DNA from: Haliotis rubra
Taxonomy: Eukaryota
Direction of reading: 5' to 3'
DNA: 64,000 bases
NCBI RefSeq assembly: GCF_003918875.1
Contig: NW_025765603.1
Location: 992,001 to 1,056,000 of the forward strand
This document shows positions 63,587-64,000 of this stretch, one piece after another (position 1 is the first letter of the stretch; every line of letters begins with the position of its first letter). The notes under the pieces were generated by a model. The model did not search any database, was not told where the DNA came from, and saw nothing but the letters and a program-made list of their open reading frames with translations. Position numbers and translations under genes: made by a program.

Positions 63587-63727
63587 CTTTGTATATGACT
63601 TTGTTGATATATGAAGTTTCAGAAGCGATGGTTGCAGTGTCGGATTGAATATCGTTTATTACCGTTGGTCTGTCACAGCTTGTGATATAATTGCTGACTG
63701 CAGATGTCGCCTCTGTTTGTGAAGTAC
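63587..63727 (-). CDS. STAND-ankyrin P3, 141-nt phase 1-1 exon encoding the conserved N-terminal motif
   Basis: actttcag acceptor, gtatgt donor; (G)TSQTEATSAVSNYITSCDRPTVINDIQSDTATIASETSYINKVIYK(D). Confidence 0.8.
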
Positions 63728-64000
63728 CTGAAAGTATGTTTTGAGCGGCTTATTGATTTTAGCAACGATTTGAACAGAAAGTAAGTCATATCAGAAAGCG
63801 TCAGGTGGCAGCAGGAGGCCATGTCTAGCCCGGACCCCGGATCTCTTCATCTGTGAAACCTAAGAACATGGTGCTAAAAACACCATCATCAGAATCCTGA
63901 CCAATCCACTAATGAATGGACCTAACATATCCCAAGGGTCAACACTTGAGAACCTTCTTTAAAAACATACCTAGCGTTCAAGGTGTTATGACAATACATC

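Noticed and set aside
1-64000. Adjacent effector gene carrying the same N-terminal motif, as in fungal NLR-effector pairs
   Set aside because: None found by eye; the other genes (SH3BGRL, SRPRB, fucosyltransferase) lack the motif. A partner elsewhere in the genome is not excluded.

Overview
Eukaryotic, intron-rich and repeat-rich animal genomic DNA. The SINE repertoire with (ACTC)n tails and the gene content suggest a mollusc, probably an abalone-like gastropod (inference). Ordinary genes: the 3' exons of an SH3BGRL-family glutaredoxin-like gene (+), a complete 7-exon SRPRB gene (-) and an alpha-1,3-fucosyltransferase (+). The main feature is three paralogous NLR-like STAND (nSTAND3-type) NTPase-ankyrin genes: P1 (+, 11064-18510, disrupted in the distal ankyrin array), P2 (-, 36560-42846) and P3 (-, 57183-63727, 5' end unresolved). 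Their long ORFs are giant terminal exons. Manual splice reconstruction finds two small phase-1 exons upstream of each, which the ORF track misses. One encodes a gap-free, conserved 39-aa Asn/Ile/Val/Thr-rich motif where an NLR effector domain normally sits; it is a candidate RHIM/HET-s-like amyloid signalling motif (inference). The other is a PSxFEN(I/L)V micro-exon. The rest consists of tRNA-derived, non-tRNA and 5S/CORE SINEs, many MITEs, Tc1 and L2 relics, and several minisatellites, including a 3.6-kb 50-bp array.
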